Below, one piece after another: positions 1 through 11,931 of a stretch of 64,000 nt of DNA (position 1 is the stretch's first letter; every line of letters begins with the position of its first letter). This DNA comes from Burkholderiales bacterium (GTDB taxonomy: Bacteria > Pseudomonadota > Gammaproteobacteria > Burkholderiales > SG8-41). The notes under the pieces were generated by a model, which was not told where the DNA came from, did not search any database, and saw only the letters and a list, made by a program, of their open reading frames with translations. The stretch is taken from the NCBI GenBank assembly GCA_035525455.1, contig DATLEF010000050.1, positions 7,108 through 71,107 of the forward strand. The letters run 5' to 3'. The translations under genes and the position numbers were made by a program.

Positions 1-262
1 GCTCGCGGTCCTCCATCGCGGCCTGGCGGCCGACTTCGGGGTTGGCGCCCGCACCCAGCCCTTTGGTGACGTTGGTGCCAAGCTGGAGCTGACTCTTCGC
101 CTGGTTGCGCTTCAGCGCCTGGGCGTCGGTGTTCGCGACGACGAACTCCACGCCTTGCACGCCTTGCGCGATCATGTGGTCGACCGCGTTACCGCCGCAG
201 CCGCCGACGCCGATCACCTTGATTACGGCTTCCTGGGACTCTGCATCGATCAGTTCTATCAT
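1..262 (-). CDS. ftsZ: Cell division protein FtsZ, 5' part only (gene continues beyond the left edge)
   Basis: Own translation of the minus strand from ATG at 262..260 gives [50 protein letters not shown]...[11 protein letters not shown]. This is a typical FtsZ N-terminus. AAGGAG lies 7 nt upstream, and the gene sits directly after ftsA. Confidence 0.93.
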   Translation of the reverse strand, partial: MIELIDAESQEAVIKVIGVGGCGGNAVDHMIAQGVQGVEFVVANTDAQALKRNQAKSQLQLGTNVTKGLGAGANPEVGRQAAMEDRE

Positions 263-401
263 TTAATTTCTCCTTTGCTTACTTTTCGGACTTCTTCAAC
301 TTCTCGCTTTCTGGCTGCTTTTGTCGGCGGGCCTCACCCGCCTTCGTCTCCTGCATGCGGCGCTACGTCGCGAGGCCAAACTCCAAAAGGCGTAGCGCGC
401 A

Positions 402-1640
402 TCAGAAATTTCCCGTGAACCAGTTCTTCATCCGGTCCAGCAGCTGCTGGAACGAACCGATATGCATATGCGCGAGCTCGCGCTGGCGATGCTGCTGCAT
501 GCCCGCGACGAGCAGACCGACTCCCGTCGAATAGCGCGGGTGTCGCACGACTTCCGCGAGCGCGCCGTTGTAATGCGGAACCCCGACGCGCACCGGCATG
601 TGGAATATCTCTTCCCCGAGCTCGACCATGCCCTGCATCATGCTGGAGCCGCCCGTGATCACGACTCCGGAGGAAAGCAGCTCCTCGTAACCGCTGCGGC
701 GGAGCTCCGCCTGCACGAGCGAGTAGAGTTCCTCGACACGCGGCTCGATCACTTCGGCGAGCGTCTTGCGCGAGAGCTCCCGGCTGCCGCGCTCGCCGAT
801 TCCGGGTACTTCGATCATCTGCTGCGGGTCGGCTAGCTGCGAAAGCGAACAGCCGTAACGCTGCTTCAGATCCTCGGCGTCCTTCGTGGGAGTGCGCAGC
901 GCCATCGCGATGTCGTTGGTGATCTGGTCACCCGCGATCGGAATGACTGCGGTATGACGTATCGCGCCGTGCGTGAATATGGCGAGATCGGTCGTTCCGC
1001 CGCCGATGTCGACCAGGGCCACGCCCAGGTCTTTCTCGTCCTCGGATACGACTGCCATGGCGGAGGCGAGCGGCTGCAGGATGAGATCACTCACCTCGAG
1101 CCCGCAGCGCCGCACGCATTTGATGATGTTCTGCGCCGCAGAAACCGCGCCGGTCACGATGTGCACCTTCACTTCGAGACGCACGCCCGACATGCCGAGC
1201 GGCTCACGCACGTCTTCCTGACCGTCGATGATGAATTCCTGGTTGAGGATGTGCAGGATTTGCTGGTCGTTCGGAATCTGCACCGCTTTGGCCGTCTCGA
1301 TCACCCGGTCGATGTCCATCTGACCGACTTCCTTGTCCTTGATCGCGACCATGCCCTGCGAGTTGAAGCTCTTGATGTGGCTGCCTGCGATGCCGGTATA
1401 GACCTCGCGTATCTTGCAGTCGGCCATCAGCTCGGCTTCTTCGAGGGCGCGCTGGATCGCGTTCACGGTCGTCTCGATATTCACGACGACGCCCTTCTTC
1501 AGTCCTTTGGCCGGGCAGTTCCCCATGCCGATGATTTCGAAACCGCCTTCGGGTTTGATTTCGGCGACGATTGCTGCGATTTTTGAAGTGCCTATGTCCA
1601 GGCCGACGACGAGTTTCTTGTTGTCGCGGCTCTTACTCAT
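402..1640 (-). CDS. ftsA: Cell division protein FtsA (actin-like ATPase)
   Basis: 412-aa ORF with VVGLDIGTSKIAAIV and DIGGGTTD phosphate-binding motifs of the actin/HSP70 fold. It lies between ftsQ and ftsZ, with an ATGA overlap onto the ftsQ stop. Confidence 0.97.
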   Translation of the reverse strand: MSKSRDNKKLVVGLDIGTSKIAAIVAEIKPEGGFEIIGMGNCPAKGLKKGVVVNIETTVNAIQRALEEAELMADCKIREVYTGIAGSHIKSFNSQGMVAIKDKEVGQMDIDRVIETAKAVQIPNDQQILHILNQEFIIDGQEDVREPLGMSGVRLEVKVHIVTGAVSAAQNIIKCVRRCGLEVSDLILQPLASAMAVVSEDEKDLGVALVDIGGGTTDLAIFTHGAIRHTAVIPIAGDQITNDIAMALRTPTKDAEDLKQRYGCSLSQLADPQQMIEVPGIGERGSRELSRKTLAEVIEPRVEELYSLVQAELRRSGYEELLSSGVVITGGSSMMQGMVELGEEIFHMPVRVGVPHYNGALAEVVRHPRYSTGVGLLVAGMQQHRQRELAHMHIGSFQQLLDRMKNWFTGNF

Positions 1641-2392
1641 GTCTGTTTCGCCTTGCGCTTCACCGCGGAGGCACGCGAGCGGTCTCCGTCGTCCCCTTTC
1701 AGCTCCGCGATGCGAACTGCGAAGCCATTCGCGTAGCGCAGGTCCACGTAATCGATGCGGCGCTTCAGCGCACCCACCGTGCGTGGATGGACCTGGATGT
1801 AATGCATCAGCCGGGCTTCTACGTCGTCTCTCCCGAGCTCTATCGTTGGACCGCCGTCGATCCGCACTTGCCAGGCGCGGCGCGGCGTCACCTGCACCAT
1901 CGCGGGCGTTGCGTTTATCGCCGTGAGATGGCGCCTGAAAAAATCGTATTGAATCGCAATTTCCTTCGCAGTACCAGCGGGTCCGACGAAAATCGGCAAC
2001 TTGCCGTCGTAGGCGGCCTGAAAGATTTCGCCTTGCGTGTTCACGAGCGCGACATTGCCCCAGCGCGCGAGCACGTCGTGCTCGACGACGCTCACTTCGA
2101 GCCGCGCCGGCCAGCGCCGCCGCAGATTCACTTCACGCACCCATGGCAGCTTCTCGAAGGCGCGGCGCACCTGTGGCAGGTTCATCGTGAAGAACGTCCC
2201 CTTGAGCTCGTTCCTGACGATCGTCTCGACTTGCGCGTGCGTGATATGGCGCGTTTGCGCAATATGGATCTCGCGCAGCGCGAATACCGGCAGGCGCACG
2301 ACGAGCCAGAGAGCGCCGTACGCGAGCAGCAGGAAGGCGATCGCATACACCACGTTCGCCGCGCGATTGAGGCGCTCGGGCCTATCCCACAT
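1637..2392 (-). CDS. ftsQ: Cell division protein FtsQ
   Basis: 251-aa ORF with one N-terminal TM segment ([19 protein letters not shown]) followed by a POTRA-like region. It occupies the conserved ddl-ftsQ-ftsA position. Confidence 0.9.
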   Translation of the reverse strand: MWDRPERLNRAANVVYAIAFLLLAYGALWLVVRLPVFALREIHIAQTRHITHAQVETIVRNELKGTFFTMNLPQVRRAFEKLPWVREVNLRRRWPARLEVSVVEHDVLARWGNVALVNTQGEIFQAAYDGKLPIFVGPAGTAKEIAIQYDFFRRHLTAINATPAMVQVTPRRAWQVRIDGGPTIELGRDDVEARLMHYIQVHPRTVGALKRRIDYVDLRYANGFAVRIAELKGDDGDRSRASAVKRKAKQT

Positions 2393-3293
2393 GCGCGCTT
2401 TCCAGTATGCGCAGACACAGGTCGTCGAACTCGATGCCGCGGGCGCGGGCGGCCATCGGCACGAGGCTGTGGTCGGTCATCCCCGGTATCGTGTTGACTT
2501 CGAGCAGATAAGCCGCGCCCGAGCGATCGACCATGACGTCGATCCGTCCCCAGCCGGAGCATCCGATCAGTTTGAAAGCGCGCAGCGCCTGCGCCTGGAT
2601 CGCGCGCTCGTCATCCGCCGGTAGCCCCGAGGGACAGATATAGCGCGTGTTGTCGGCGAAGTACTTCGCCTCGTAATCGTAAAAAGTACGCGGCGTCTCG
2701 AGCCGGATGAGCGGCAGCGCCTCGTCGGCGAGGATGGCAGCCGTTACTTCGAGACCTTCTATAAAGCGTTCGGCGATGACGACTTCGTCGTATTGCGCGG
2801 CGAGCTCGTACGCCGCCCCGACCTTCTCGACCGAAGTCACCTTGCTCATGCCGATGCTGGAGCCTTCGCGCGCCGGCTTCACCATCAGGGGCAACCCGAG
2901 ACGGGTCGCAATGCCCAGAAAATCGCTCGCGTTCGTGAGCAGCTCATAAGGCGGCGTCGGGACGCCCGCGGCCTGCCACAGGAGCTTGGTGCGCCACTTG
3001 TCCATGGCGAGCGCGCTCGCCATGACGCCGCTGCCGGTATAAGGCAGCCCGAGATATTCGAGCGCGCCCTGAACGGTGCCGTCTTCGCCGAAGCGCCCAT
3101 GCAGCGCGACGAACACGCGATCGAAGCGCTGCGCGATCAGCTGCTCCAGCCCCTCGTCTTGCGGATCGAAGGGATGCGCGTCGACCCCTTTGCGCTTGAG
3201 TGCCCCGAGCACCATGTTGCCGCTGCGCAGCGAAATCTCGCGCTCGGCGCTGCGCCCACCCAGGAGCACTGCGACTTTGCCCAATGTCGTCAT
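2382..3293 (-). CDS. ddl: D-alanine--D-alanine ligase
   Basis: 303-aa ORF with N-terminus [20 protein letters not shown] and the ATP-grasp C-terminal motif [10 protein letters not shown]. It occupies the dcw position after murB. Confidence 0.96.
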   Translation of the reverse strand: MTTLGKVAVLLGGRSAEREISLRSGNMVLGALKRKGVDAHPFDPQDEGLEQLIAQRFDRVFVALHGRFGEDGTVQGALEYLGLPYTGSGVMASALAMDKWRTKLLWQAAGVPTPPYELLTNASDFLGIATRLGLPLMVKPAREGSSIGMSKVTSVEKVGAAYELAAQYDEVVIAERFIEGLEVTAAILADEALPLIRLETPRTFYDYEAKYFADNTRYICPSGLPADDERAIQAQALRAFKLIGCSGWGRIDVMVDRSGAAYLLEVNTIPGMTDHSLVPMAARARGIEFDDLCLRILESAHVG

Positions 3294-4300
3294 GCCGCAC
3301 CCACGATGCGCACTTCCCGCTCGAGCTCGATCCCGAATTTCTCCTTCACGCGCGCCTGCGCGAGCTCGATCAAAGCTTCGATGTCGGCCGCGCGTGCCTT
3401 ACCCGTGTTGATGATGAAGTTCGCATGCTTGGGCGAAATGACGGCGCCGCCGATCGCATGACCTTTGAGGCCGCAATCTTCGATCAGCTTCGCTGCGTAC
3501 GTCCCCGGCGGATTGCGGAAAACCGAGCCGGCATTGGGTTCTCCGAGCGGCTGGCTCGCGATGCGCCGTGCGAGCAGGTCCTTCACTTCGATTCGCGACG
3601 CGCCGCCATCGCCCCGCTTGAGCTCCACCGTGGCGGACACGAACCACTCGTCCAGCCCTGCGCGCCTCTTTAGCGCCGTAGCCGGTTGAGCCCCGGCAAT
3701 TTGCTGGCAGCGTCGCAGTACCGTCCTGTAGCCGATCCGGTAGTGCGCAGGCGTGCGCTCGTGCAATTCACCTGCGTGGTCGACCGTCACGACTTTGCGC
3801 ACGATCGTCCACGTTTCGCCGCCATAGCAGCCGGCATTCATGGCCAGCGCGCCGCCGATCGTTCCGGGGATGCCGGCGAGGAATTCCGCGCCGACGAGGT
3901 CGTTCACAGCGGCGAAGCGCGCGACTTTCGGGCTCGCAACGCCGGCATCTACGCGTATGTGTCCTTCGTGCTCGGTTTTCGATTCGAGCGCGATCTCGTG
4001 CAGCGCCCAGTGCGTGAAGATCACGGTCCCTCGCAGCCCGCCGTCGCGGACGAGAAGATTGCTGCCGAGCCCGACGAAATACACCGGCTCGGCCGGCGGC
4101 AGCGTGCGCAGGAACGCGCACACGTCTTCGAGGTCCGCCGGGAGGTATGCACGATCGACGCATCCGCCCGCGCGCCAGCTCACGTGCCTGACCATCGACT
4201 CGTCTTGTCGCAGCTCGCCGCGCAATGCCGGAGACCCCGCTCGGGGAGCGGGGGCCGGGCCGGATTCGCGGGTTCGCTCGTCGGCCATGGTCAGGATCAC
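3290..4300 (-). CDS. murB: UDP-N-acetylenolpyruvoylglucosamine reductase
   Basis: 336-aa ORF with a FAD-binding region containing [14 protein letters not shown] and the C-terminal motif [10 protein letters not shown]. It has ATGA overlaps with murC and ddl. Confidence 0.95.
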   Translation of the reverse strand: MILTMADERTRESGPAPAPRAGSPALRGELRQDESMVRHVSWRAGGCVDRAYLPADLEDVCAFLRTLPPAEPVYFVGLGSNLLVRDGGLRGTVIFTHWALHEIALESKTEHEGHIRVDAGVASPKVARFAAVNDLVGAEFLAGIPGTIGGALAMNAGCYGGETWTIVRKVVTVDHAGELHERTPAHYRIGYRTVLRRCQQIAGAQPATALKRRAGLDEWFVSATVELKRGDGGASRIEVKDLLARRIASQPLGEPNAGSVFRNPPGTYAAKLIEDCGLKGHAIGGAVISPKHANFIINTGKARAADIEALIELAQARVKEKFGIELEREVRIVGAA

Positions 4301-5697
4301 CCGGTTCCCCGCTGCAAAGCAGCCGGCACGCCGCCTATCGATCCCGCACCCATCGTGAGGACAACGTCGCCATTGCGCGCCGCCGCACGTATCGCTTCGG
4401 GCATGGCCGCGATCGTTTCAACGAAGATCGGCTCCACTTTGCCCTGCACGCGTACCGCGCGCGCGAGTGCGCGCCCGTCGGCCGCGACGATCGGCGCTTC
4501 GCCGGCGGGATACACGTCGGTCAGAACGAGCGCGTCGGCTGTCGAGAGCACTTTTACGAAGTCCTCGAAGCAATCGCGCGTGCGCGTGTAGCGATGCGGC
4601 TGAAAGGCGAGCACGAGCCGGCGCTCGGGAAATGCGCCGCGCGCGGCTGCAAGCGTCGCCGCCATTTCGACCGGGTGATGCCCGTAATCGTCGACCAGTA
4701 AAAAGGAGCCGCCGCCCGCCAGCGCAATCTCGCCGTACTGCTGGAAGCGGCGTCCTACGCCGCCAAACTTCGCGAGCGCACTGGCGATTTTTTCCGGCGC
4801 CACACTGAGCTCGAGCCCCACGGCGATTGCCGCCAGCGCGTTTTGCACGTTGTGCACGCCGGGCAGATTCAGGGTTACGTCGAAGTCCACGGCCGGCGAA
4901 CCGTTAGCCGCGCACACAGCGCGAAAAGTCATTTTCCCGGCGCGCGCAACGATATCGATCGCGCGCACCTGCGCTTCGGCTGATAAGCCATATGTCACGA
5001 GCGTTTTGGCCACGCGCGGCACGATTTCGCGCACTCCCGGGTCGTCGATGCAGACGACCGCAACGCCGTAGAACGGCAGGCGCTGCAGAAAATAGACGAA
5101 AGCCTGGCGCAGCTTTTCGACAGAATGTTCGTAAGTCTCCATGTGGTCGGCGTCGATGTTGGTGACGACCGCCACGCACGGCTGCAGATAAAGGAATGAC
5201 GCATCGGACTCATCGGCCTCTACGACGATGAATTCGCCGTGGCCGAGCCGCGCGTTCGAACCGACTGCTTCGACGCGCCCGCCGATCACGAAAGTCGGAT
5301 CGAGCCCCCCTTCGGCAAGCACGCTGGCTGTGAGACTCGTCGTCGTCGTCTTCCCGTGCGTGCCAGCGACCGCGATGCCCTGCTTCAAACGCATGAGCTC
5401 GGCGAGCATGATCGCGCGCGGCACGACCGGGATGTTCCGCTCGCGCGCCGCCCGTACTTCGGGGTTTTGATCGTCGACGGCGCTCGAGACGACGACCGCA
5501 TTCGCGCCGGCGATGTGCTCCGCCGCGTGGCCTTTGCTCACGCTTGCGCCGAGGTCCTGCAGGTGGCGCGTCACCGCCCCTTCCGCGAGATCCGAGCCGC
5601 TCACGTGATAACCCAGATTCAGCAGCACTTCGGCGATGCCGCTCATGCCGATGCCGCCGATACCCACGAAGTGCACGTGTTTGACTTTGTGCTTCAT
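4297..5697 (-). CDS. murC: UDP-N-acetylmuramate--L-alanine ligase
   Basis: The MurC sequence starts at [25 protein letters not shown] (ATG 5697) inside the listed 788-aa ORF. It has the P-loop [11 protein letters not shown]. Everything upstream of 5697 in that ORF is an out-of-frame shadow of murG. Confidence 0.95.
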   Translation of the reverse strand: MKHKVKHVHFVGIGGIGMSGIAEVLLNLGYHVSGSDLAEGAVTRHLQDLGASVSKGHAAEHIAGANAVVVSSAVDDQNPEVRAARERNIPVVPRAIMLAELMRLKQGIAVAGTHGKTTTTSLTASVLAEGGLDPTFVIGGRVEAVGSNARLGHGEFIVVEADESDASFLYLQPCVAVVTNIDADHMETYEHSVEKLRQAFVYFLQRLPFYGVAVVCIDDPGVREIVPRVAKTLVTYGLSAEAQVRAIDIVARAGKMTFRAVCAANGSPAVDFDVTLNLPGVHNVQNALAAIAVGLELSVAPEKIASALAKFGGVGRRFQQYGEIALAGGGSFLLVDDYGHHPVEMAATLAAARGAFPERRLVLAFQPHRYTRTRDCFEDFVKVLSTADALVLTDVYPAGEAPIVAADGRALARAVRVQGKVEPIFVETIAAMPEAIRAAARNGDVVLTMGAGSIGGVPAALQRGTG

Positions 5698-6797
5698 GCC
5701 GCAAGCCTCATGCACGCTTCTGCAACGGCGAGGGTGGCATCCGGTTTCCCCGCGGCCCGCGCCGATTTGGCAATCGCGAGGAGCTTCTCCCGCGTGAATT
5801 CGCGGAGCAGCGCAGCAAGGCGCTCGGGCGTGAGCTCGTTCTGTGCAATGAGCACGGCGCCGCCGCGGTCGGCAAGAAAGCGCGCGTTTTGGGTCTGGTG
5901 GTCGTCGACGGCGTACGGAAAGGGCACGAGCACCGCGGCGACGCCGGCCGCTGCGAGCTCGGCAATTGTCGAAGCCCCTGCGCGGCAGATCATCAAGTCG
6001 GCAGCGGCGTAGCTTGCCGCCATGTCTTCGATGAATGCCACGACTTCGGCTGAGACGCGAGCGTCCGCATACAGCGCCCGCACCACGTCCAGATGAGCTG
6101 CGCCTGCCTGGTGAGTGACTTGAGGCCGCACGCCCTCGACGATCAGACTCAAGGCCTGCGGCACCACTTCGTTCAGCGCTGTTGCGCCCTGGCTGCCGCC
6201 CAGCACGAGCACGCGCAGTCGTCCACTGCGATCCGCGAAGCGCTGCTCGGGTGGAGCGATGGCTGCGATGTCGGCGCGAACCGGATTGCCGGTCCACTCG
6301 ACGTTGGAGCGGCTGCCGAATGCGCCTGGAAAAGCGACGAGCACTTTGTCCGCGACGTAACTCAACACCCGGTTCGTGAGGCCTGCCACCGAGTTCTGTT
6401 CGTGTATTACGAGCGGCCGATTGAAAAGACTCGCCATCATGCCGCCGGGAAATGCCACGTAACCGCCCATGCCGAGCACGACGTCGGGACGGCGCGAGAA
6501 AATCGCCGTCGCGCTTTGCCAGAAAGCGATCAGCAGGTTGAGCGGCAGCAGTGCGAGCGGCACGAGCCCTTTGCCCCGCACACCTGAAAAGCGGATCCAC
6601 GACATGGTGTAGCCGCGCGCCGGGACGAGGCGCGCTTCCATGCCGGCGCGCGAGCCGAGCCACACCACGTTCCAGCCGGCCGCGCGCACGTGCTCTGCCA
6701 CCGACAGCGCAGGGAAGATGTGCCCGCCAGTGCCGCCAGCCATGATCATCAGGGTGCGCGCGCGATGAGGCATAGCCGTTGAGCCGATCACGCTCAT
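5694..6797 (-). CDS. murG: Undecaprenyldiphospho-muramoylpentapeptide beta-N-acetylglucosaminyltransferase
   Basis: 367-aa ORF with the [16 protein letters not shown] motif. It has ATGA overlaps with the ftsW stop and the murC start. The exact start (6797 or the internal Met) is uncertain. Confidence 0.95.
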   Translation of the reverse strand: MSVIGSTAMPHRARTLMIMAGGTGGHIFPALSVAEHVRAAGWNVVWLGSRAGMEARLVPARGYTMSWIRFSGVRGKGLVPLALLPLNLLIAFWQSATAIFSRRPDVVLGMGGYVAFPGGMMASLFNRPLVIHEQNSVAGLTNRVLSYVADKVLVAFPGAFGSRSNVEWTGNPVRADIAAIAPPEQRFADRSGRLRVLVLGGSQGATALNEVVPQALSLIVEGVRPQVTHQAGAAHLDVVRALYADARVSAEVVAFIEDMAASYAAADLMICRAGASTIAELAAAGVAAVLVPFPYAVDDHQTQNARFLADRGGAVLIAQNELTPERLAALLREFTREKLLAIAKSARAAGKPDATLAVAEACMRLAA

Positions 6798-7966
6798 ACG
6801 GTCAATCCTTTCGCGAGTTGCCTATTCTCCCAATCGACGCGCAGCAGGATCGCGAGCGCGACACAGGCCGCGACGAGCGCGCTGCCGCCGAACGAAAGGA
6901 GCGGGAGTGTGAGTCCTTTGGTCGGCAGCATGCCCATGTTGACGCCCATGTTGATGATCGCCTGCACGCCGAGCCACAAGCCGATGCCCTGCGCGACGAG
7001 CGAGGCGAAGTAGCGCTCGAGGACAGCCGCACGCCTGCCGATAGAAAACGCCCGCGCCACGATCCACCCGAAGATGAGCACGATCAGCGCGACGCCGGCG
7101 AAGCCGAGCTCCTCCGCTATGACCGCGAGCAGGAAATCGGTGTGCGCTTCCGGCAGGTAGAAAAGTTTCTCGACGCTGCCGCCCAGCCCGACACCGAGCC
7201 ATTCGCCGCGCCCGAACGCAATGAGTGCGTGCGAGAGCTGATAGCCTTTCCCATACGGATCGGCCCATGGATCCATGAAGCCCACGATGCGCTGCATGCG
7301 ATAGGGCGAGGTCCAGATGAGCAGCAGGAACCCCAGGAGCAGCATCACGATCAAGCCCGCGAACAGCCGCCAGTTCATGCCGCCCAGAAAAAGAATGCCC
7401 ATGGCGATGACCGTAATCACCGCAAAAGCGCCGAAGTCGGGCTCGCGCAGCAGCAGACCTCCGGTCAACAGCATCACCAGGAACATCGGCATGAAGCCGC
7501 GCTTCAGGCTGTGCATGAACGCGGCTTTGCGTACGGTGTAGTCCGCTGCGTAAAGCACGACGAAAACCTTTACCAGCTCAGAAGGCTGAAAATTCGCGAC
7601 GTACAGCGAAATCCACCGGCGGCTGCCATTCACTTCGCGCCCGATGCCCGGCATGAGTACGAGGACCAGCAGCACGAGGCCGCCGATGAAAAGGTACGGC
7701 GCCGCCTGCTGCAACAGGCGCATCGGCACCTGGAATGCAATGACGGCGCAGACGATCCCGATTGCGACGAAGAAAGCATGCCGCACGAGGTAATACGTGG
7801 GCTGGAAACCCGAGCTGCGGCCGCCTTCGGCGATCGCGATCGATGCCGAATACACCATGACCACGCCCAAGCCGAGCAGCAGGATCGCGAGCCAGACGAG
7901 CGTGCGGTCGTAATCCGGCACGACGCTGCGTTTTTTGGTCTCGCGGTAATACATGGCGACGCTCAT
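6794..7966 (-). CDS. ftsW: Peptidoglycan glycosyltransferase FtsW (SEDS family)
   Basis: Polytopic membrane protein with the SEDS motif [18 protein letters not shown] chose the start at MSVAMYYRE (7966) because it forms an ATGA overlap with the murD stop. The listed ORF extends further to 8068. Confidence 0.92.
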   Translation of the reverse strand: MSVAMYYRETKKRSVVPDYDRTLVWLAILLLGLGVVMVYSASIAIAEGGRSSGFQPTYYLVRHAFFVAIGIVCAVIAFQVPMRLLQQAAPYLFIGGLVLLVLVLMPGIGREVNGSRRWISLYVANFQPSELVKVFVVLYAADYTVRKAAFMHSLKRGFMPMFLVMLLTGGLLLREPDFGAFAVITVIAMGILFLGGMNWRLFAGLIVMLLLGFLLLIWTSPYRMQRIVGFMDPWADPYGKGYQLSHALIAFGRGEWLGVGLGGSVEKLFYLPEAHTDFLLAVIAEELGFAGVALIVLIFGWIVARAFSIGRRAAVLERYFASLVAQGIGLWLGVQAIINMGVNMGMLPTKGLTLPLLSFGGSALVAACVALAILLRVDWENRQLAKGLTV

Positions 7967-9357
7967 CGCGCGCGGGCTCCCGCCGTGGACGCAACGAGCG
8001 CCTGCACCGCCTGCACGAAAACCTCGCCGCGATGCACATAGCTCCTGAACATGTCGTAGCTCGCGCACGCCGGCGACAGCAGAACGGCATCGCCGTCACG
8101 GCTCGCGCCGTACGCGAGTGCCACCGCCTCCTCCAGGCTTTGCGCGTTGAGGAGATGGACGCCTGTGCCCGCGATCGCGCGCTCGATCTGGCCCGCATCG
8201 CGCCCGATCAACACCACAGCGCGCGCGTGCGCGGCCACCGCTGCGGCGAGCGGCGAAAAATCCTGGCCTTTGCCGTCTCCGCCTGCGATCAATACGACAG
8301 GCCGGGTCATCCCGTTCAGCGCGGCGACCGTTGCGCCAACGTTCGTGCCTTTCGAATCGTCGAAAAAAGCGATGCCGTCCATCTCGCCGACTTTCTCGAG
8401 GCGGTGCGGCAAGCCGCGAAAACGGCGTAAACCTTCGGCCATGCCTTCAATCGGCAGCCCGAGAGCGTGGCCCAAGGCCAGCGCCGCCAAAGCGTTCGCT
8501 GCGTTATGAAGACCCGCGACCGGTAGCTCGTCGATCTGCATTACAGGCTCGGCGCCGTGCACCATGACCTTATCTATGACGCCCCAATCGTCAGCGCCCG
8601 GCGCGTCGAGCCCGAACGTCACCGCGCGTCGTCCGGCTAAAGCCATGCTCATGCTCCAGCTGTCGTCGCGATTCAGAATTTGCACGCCGCCGCCTTCGAA
8701 GATGCGCGCTTTCGCAGCCGCATAGCCGGAAATTCCCTCGTAGCGGTCGAGGTGGTCTTCGGTGATGTTCAATACGGTCGCTGCGTCCGCATGCAGGCTC
8801 GACGTGCTTTCGAGCTGGAAGCTCGAAAGCTCGAGCACGAAGACATCGGGCATCGGTTCGCCGGCCTCGATCGGCGTAAGCGCGTCGAGAACCGGGAGCC
8901 CGATATTGCCGGCTACGACGGTCTTCCAACCTGCCGCGCGCGCGGCCTCACCCGTCATCGCGGTCACGGTGCTTTTTCCGTTCGAGCCCGTGATCGCAAT
9001 CACTTGCGGCCGCGGCACCGACCTCGTCAAACTGATCGCGCCGAGCGCCTCCGCAAATATTTCGATGTCGCCGATTACGGGAACCCCGCGCCCAATCGCG
9101 TCCGCGACCAAAGGTTCGCGCCGATCGACGCCCGGACTGATGGCGATTACGTCAGCTTTCTCGAACGGGCCCGCCTCGTACGGACCCGTGGCGAATGCGA
9201 TTCCCGGCAGGTCGGCAAGCGCATTCGCGTGCGGCGGCGTCGCGCGGGTGTCCGCGACGCTTACGCGCGCGCCGCGTGCGGCCAGCCAGCGGGTCATCGA
9301 CAACCCCGTATCACCCAGTCCGAGCACCAGCACCTTCCTGTCTTTCCAGTCGTACAC
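7963..9357 (-). CDS. murD: UDP-N-acetylmuramoylalanine--D-glutamate ligase
   Basis: 464-aa ORF with N-terminus [13 protein letters not shown] and the Mur ligase P-loop [10 protein letters not shown]. It occupies the dcw position. Confidence 0.96.
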   Translation of the reverse strand: MYDWKDRKVLVLGLGDTGLSMTRWLAARGARVSVADTRATPPHANALADLPGIAFATGPYEAGPFEKADVIAISPGVDRREPLVADAIGRGVPVIGDIEIFAEALGAISLTRSVPRPQVIAITGSNGKSTVTAMTGEAARAAGWKTVVAGNIGLPVLDALTPIEAGEPMPDVFVLELSSFQLESTSSLHADAATVLNITEDHLDRYEGISGYAAAKARIFEGGGVQILNRDDSWSMSMALAGRRAVTFGLDAPGADDWGVIDKVMVHGAEPVMQIDELPVAGLHNAANALAALALGHALGLPIEGMAEGLRRFRGLPHRLEKVGEMDGIAFFDDSKGTNVGATVAALNGMTRPVVLIAGGDGKGQDFSPLAAAVAAHARAVVLIGRDAGQIERAIAGTGVHLLNAQSLEEAVALAYGASRDGDAVLLSPACASYDMFRSYVHRGEVFVQAVQALVASTAGARAR

Positions 9358-9362
9358 ACCGT

Positions 9363-10448
9363 TTACCGAAGCTTCAACGTCGACAAACCAACGAGCACCA
9401 ACATCATCGAGATAATCCAGAAGCGCACGACGACCTGGTTCTCCTTCCAGCCTTTCAGCTCGTAGTGGTGGTGCAGCGGCGCCATTCGAAAAATACGCTT
9501 GCCGGTGAGCTTGAAAGACGCGACCTGCAGCATGACCGAGAGCGTCTCGACCACGAACACGCCGGCCATGATGAAGAGCACGATTTCCTGCCGCACGATC
9601 ACGGCGATCGTGCCGAGCGCGGCGCCGATCGCGAGCGCGCCCACGTCACCCATGAAAACCTCGGCTGGATAGGCGTTGAACCAGAGAAATGCGAGACCCG
9701 CGCCCGCAAGTGCGCCACAGATCACTGCAAGCTCTCCCGCGCCGGGAATGAACGGAAAATTGAGGTATCTCGCGAAGACCGCATGCCCCGCCACATAAGC
9801 GAACACGCCGAGGGCGCCGCCGATCATGACCGTCGGCATGATCGCCAGACCGTCGAGTCCGTCGGTCAGATTGACGGCGTTGCTCGTGCCCACAATGACG
9901 AAATAGGTCATGACGACGAAACCGACCGCGCCGAGCGGATACGTGATCTGCTTGAAAAACGGCACGATGAACGCGGTCTGCGCCGGCAGATTCGTCGAAA
10001 ACGCGATGTACAAAGCCGCCGCCAGCCCGAATACCGATTGCCAGAAGAACTTTGCGCGCATCGAAAGGCCTTTCGGGTTGCGGTGAACGACCTTGCGATA
10101 ATCGTCGATCCAACCGATCGCGCCGAATGCCAGCGTGACCCACAGTACCGCCCAGACGTAGCGGTTGGAGAGGTCGGCCCACAGCAGCGTCGTTACCACG
10201 ACCGACACGACGATCAGCGCGCCACCCATCGTCGGCGTACCTGCCTTCACAAGGTGCGTCTGCGGGCCGTCGCTGCGCACGGCCTGACCAATCTTGTAGG
10301 CGGTGAGCTTGCGTATCATCACCGGCCCGACGATGAACGAGAGAATGAGCGCCGTCAGGCATGCGAGCACCGCGCGCAGCGTGATGTAGCTGAAGACATT
10401 GAACGCGCGTATGTCTTTCGCGAGCCATTGCGCAAGCTCTAGCAGCAT
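9363..10448 (-). CDS. mraY: Phospho-N-acetylmuramoyl-pentapeptide transferase
   Basis: Start at [19 protein letters not shown] (ATG 10448, GGAGG 6 nt upstream) inside the listed 401-aa ORF. It has the [13 protein letters not shown] motif and is polytopic. Confidence 0.95.
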   Translation of the reverse strand: MLLELAQWLAKDIRAFNVFSYITLRAVLACLTALILSFIVGPVMIRKLTAYKIGQAVRSDGPQTHLVKAGTPTMGGALIVVSVVVTTLLWADLSNRYVWAVLWVTLAFGAIGWIDDYRKVVHRNPKGLSMRAKFFWQSVFGLAAALYIAFSTNLPAQTAFIVPFFKQITYPLGAVGFVVMTYFVIVGTSNAVNLTDGLDGLAIMPTVMIGGALGVFAYVAGHAVFARYLNFPFIPGAGELAVICGALAGAGLAFLWFNAYPAEVFMGDVGALAIGAALGTIAVIVRQEIVLFIMAGVFVVETLSVMLQVASFKLTGKRIFRMAPLHHHYELKGWKENQVVVRFWIISMMLVLVGLSTLKLR

Positions 10449-10512
10449 GCCGAACCTCCGCGTGCGAGTGGGAAGACCGGGAACGGCAAAAAGAGACAGG
10501 AGCGCAGCGAGC

Positions 10513-11931
10513 TCATCGGTTTCCCGTCGCCCCCTTTTCGCTCGTTGATTCGCGCTCGTCGGCGGCAATGGCGTCCACGACCCGTTCCATTTTCATGAAA
10601 CGCGAGCCTTTCACGAGCACGGTCACGTTCGGCGCGAGTGCATTCTTCAGATCTGCAATGAGATCTTCAATCCGGCCGTAATTCTGGCCGCCGGCACCGA
10701 ATGTTTCGGCGGTGAGCGCTGCGTGCTCGCCCAGTGTGAGCACACGGTCGATTCGCGCCTCTTTGGCGCAGAAACCCAGTTCGGTATGCATGAGCGGTGC
10801 ATCCGGACCCAGCTCACCCATGTCCCCGAAAACGAAAATCTTGGGTCCGACTGCTTGCGCAAGGACCGCGATCGCCGCGCGCACCGACTCCGGATTTGCG
10901 TTGTAGGTGTCATCCAGCACGACCGATCCCTTGATACCCGTCTTTCTCTGCAAACGACCTTTGATTCCGGAGAAGTGCTCGAGTCCGGCCGCGATGGTGG
11001 AGACGGGAATATCGAGCGCAATGGCTGCCGCCGACGCCGCCAGCGCGTTGCGAACGTTGTGCACGCCGGGCGCATTGAGACGCGCCGTTGCCTCGCCGCG
11101 CGGCGTTTTCAGCACGATTTCGCTGTCGAGCTCTCGCAACTCGTACGTGCCGGTGACTGCGGCGGGCTGCTCCAGGCCAAAATCGACGCACCGCTTGCCG
11201 GTCGTCACCTCTCGCCACAGCCCAGCGTGGGGGTCGTCCGCATTGATGACGGCCGTGCCTTCGGCCCGCAGTCCTTCGAAAATTTCGCCTTTGGCTCGAG
11301 CAATTGCCAGCTCCGAGCCGAGAAACTCGATGTGTGCGCGGCCTGCGTTCGTGACGAGCGCGACGTCGGGCTCGGCCAGCTGAGTGAGGTAGCGAATCTC
11401 GCCCGCGTGGTTCATGCCCATTTCGATGACGGCGTAATGATGCCGGGACCCAAGCTCGAGCAGCATCAGTGGCATGCCGATATCGTTGTTCAAGTTGCCG
11501 CGCGTCGCGAGCACAGCCTCTGCCGCCTCCACCCGTCCCACACGTACGCTGGCGGCTTCACGCAGGATCGCAGCGAGCATTTCCTTGACGGTCGTTTTGC
11601 CGCTGCTGCCGGTGAGCGCAACGAGCGGAAGCGCAAAACGCCGGCGCCAGTGCGCTGCGAGGCGGCCGAGCGCAAGGCGCGTATCTTCGACGATGAGCAA
11701 AGGCAGCTCGCCTTCAGGCGGTATCCCGGCAGGGTCGACCATCGCTGCCGCGGCGCCCGCGCGCGCGGCCGCCGGCACGAAGCCGTGGCCGTCATAGCGT
11801 TCGCCCCGCAGCGCGATGAAGAGATTTCCCGGCTCGAGCGTGCGCGTGTCGGTGCTGACACCGTCGAACCGGATGTCGCTTCCCTGAAGACGCGCAGCGA
11901 GAACCGTCGCCGCCTCAGTGAGCGTCATCAT
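10513..11931 (-). CDS. murF: UDP-N-acetylmuramoyl-tripeptide--D-alanyl-D-alanine ligase
   Basis: Start at [11 protein letters not shown] (11931), overlapping the murE stop. It has the P-loop [13 protein letters not shown]. The upstream 113 codons of the listed ORF are Arg-rich shadow sequence. Confidence 0.94.
   Translation of the reverse strand: MMTLTEAATVLAARLQGSDIRFDGVSTDTRTLEPGNLFIALRGERYDGHGFVPAAARAGAAAAMVDPAGIPPEGELPLLIVEDTRLALGRLAAHWRRRFALPLVALTGSSGKTTVKEMLAAILREAASVRVGRVEAAEAVLATRGNLNNDIGMPLMLLELGSRHHYAVIEMGMNHAGEIRYLTQLAEPDVALVTNAGRAHIEFLGSELAIARAKGEIFEGLRAEGTAVINADDPHAGLWREVTTGKRCVDFGLEQPAAVTGTYELRELDSEIVLKTPRGEATARLNAPGVHNVRNALAASAAAIALDIPVSTIAAGLEHFSGIKGRLQRKTGIKGSVVLDDTYNANPESVRAAIAVLAQAVGPKIFVFGDMGELGPDAPLMHTELGFCAKEARIDRVLTLGEHAALTAETFGAGGQNYGRIEDLIADLKNALAPNVTVLVKGSRFMKMERVVDAIAADERESTSEKGATGNR

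Noticed and set aside
4297-6663. A 788-aa ORF that would be a giant MurC with a 320-aa N-terminal extension
   Set aside because: The extension is Arg/Pro/Gly-rich low-complexity sequence, read out of frame across murG. MurC homology begins at [15 protein letters not shown] (ATG 5697), which also forms an ATGA overlap with the murG stop.
6779-8041. A 420-aa plus-strand ORF antisense to ftsW. Similar long antisense ORFs are 9195..10442, 10723..12357 and 954..1586.
   Set aside because: These have His/Arg/Asp/Glu-rich, repeat-like composition with no family resemblance. They lie fully inside well-supported minus-strand genes and are typical high-GC shadow ORFs.
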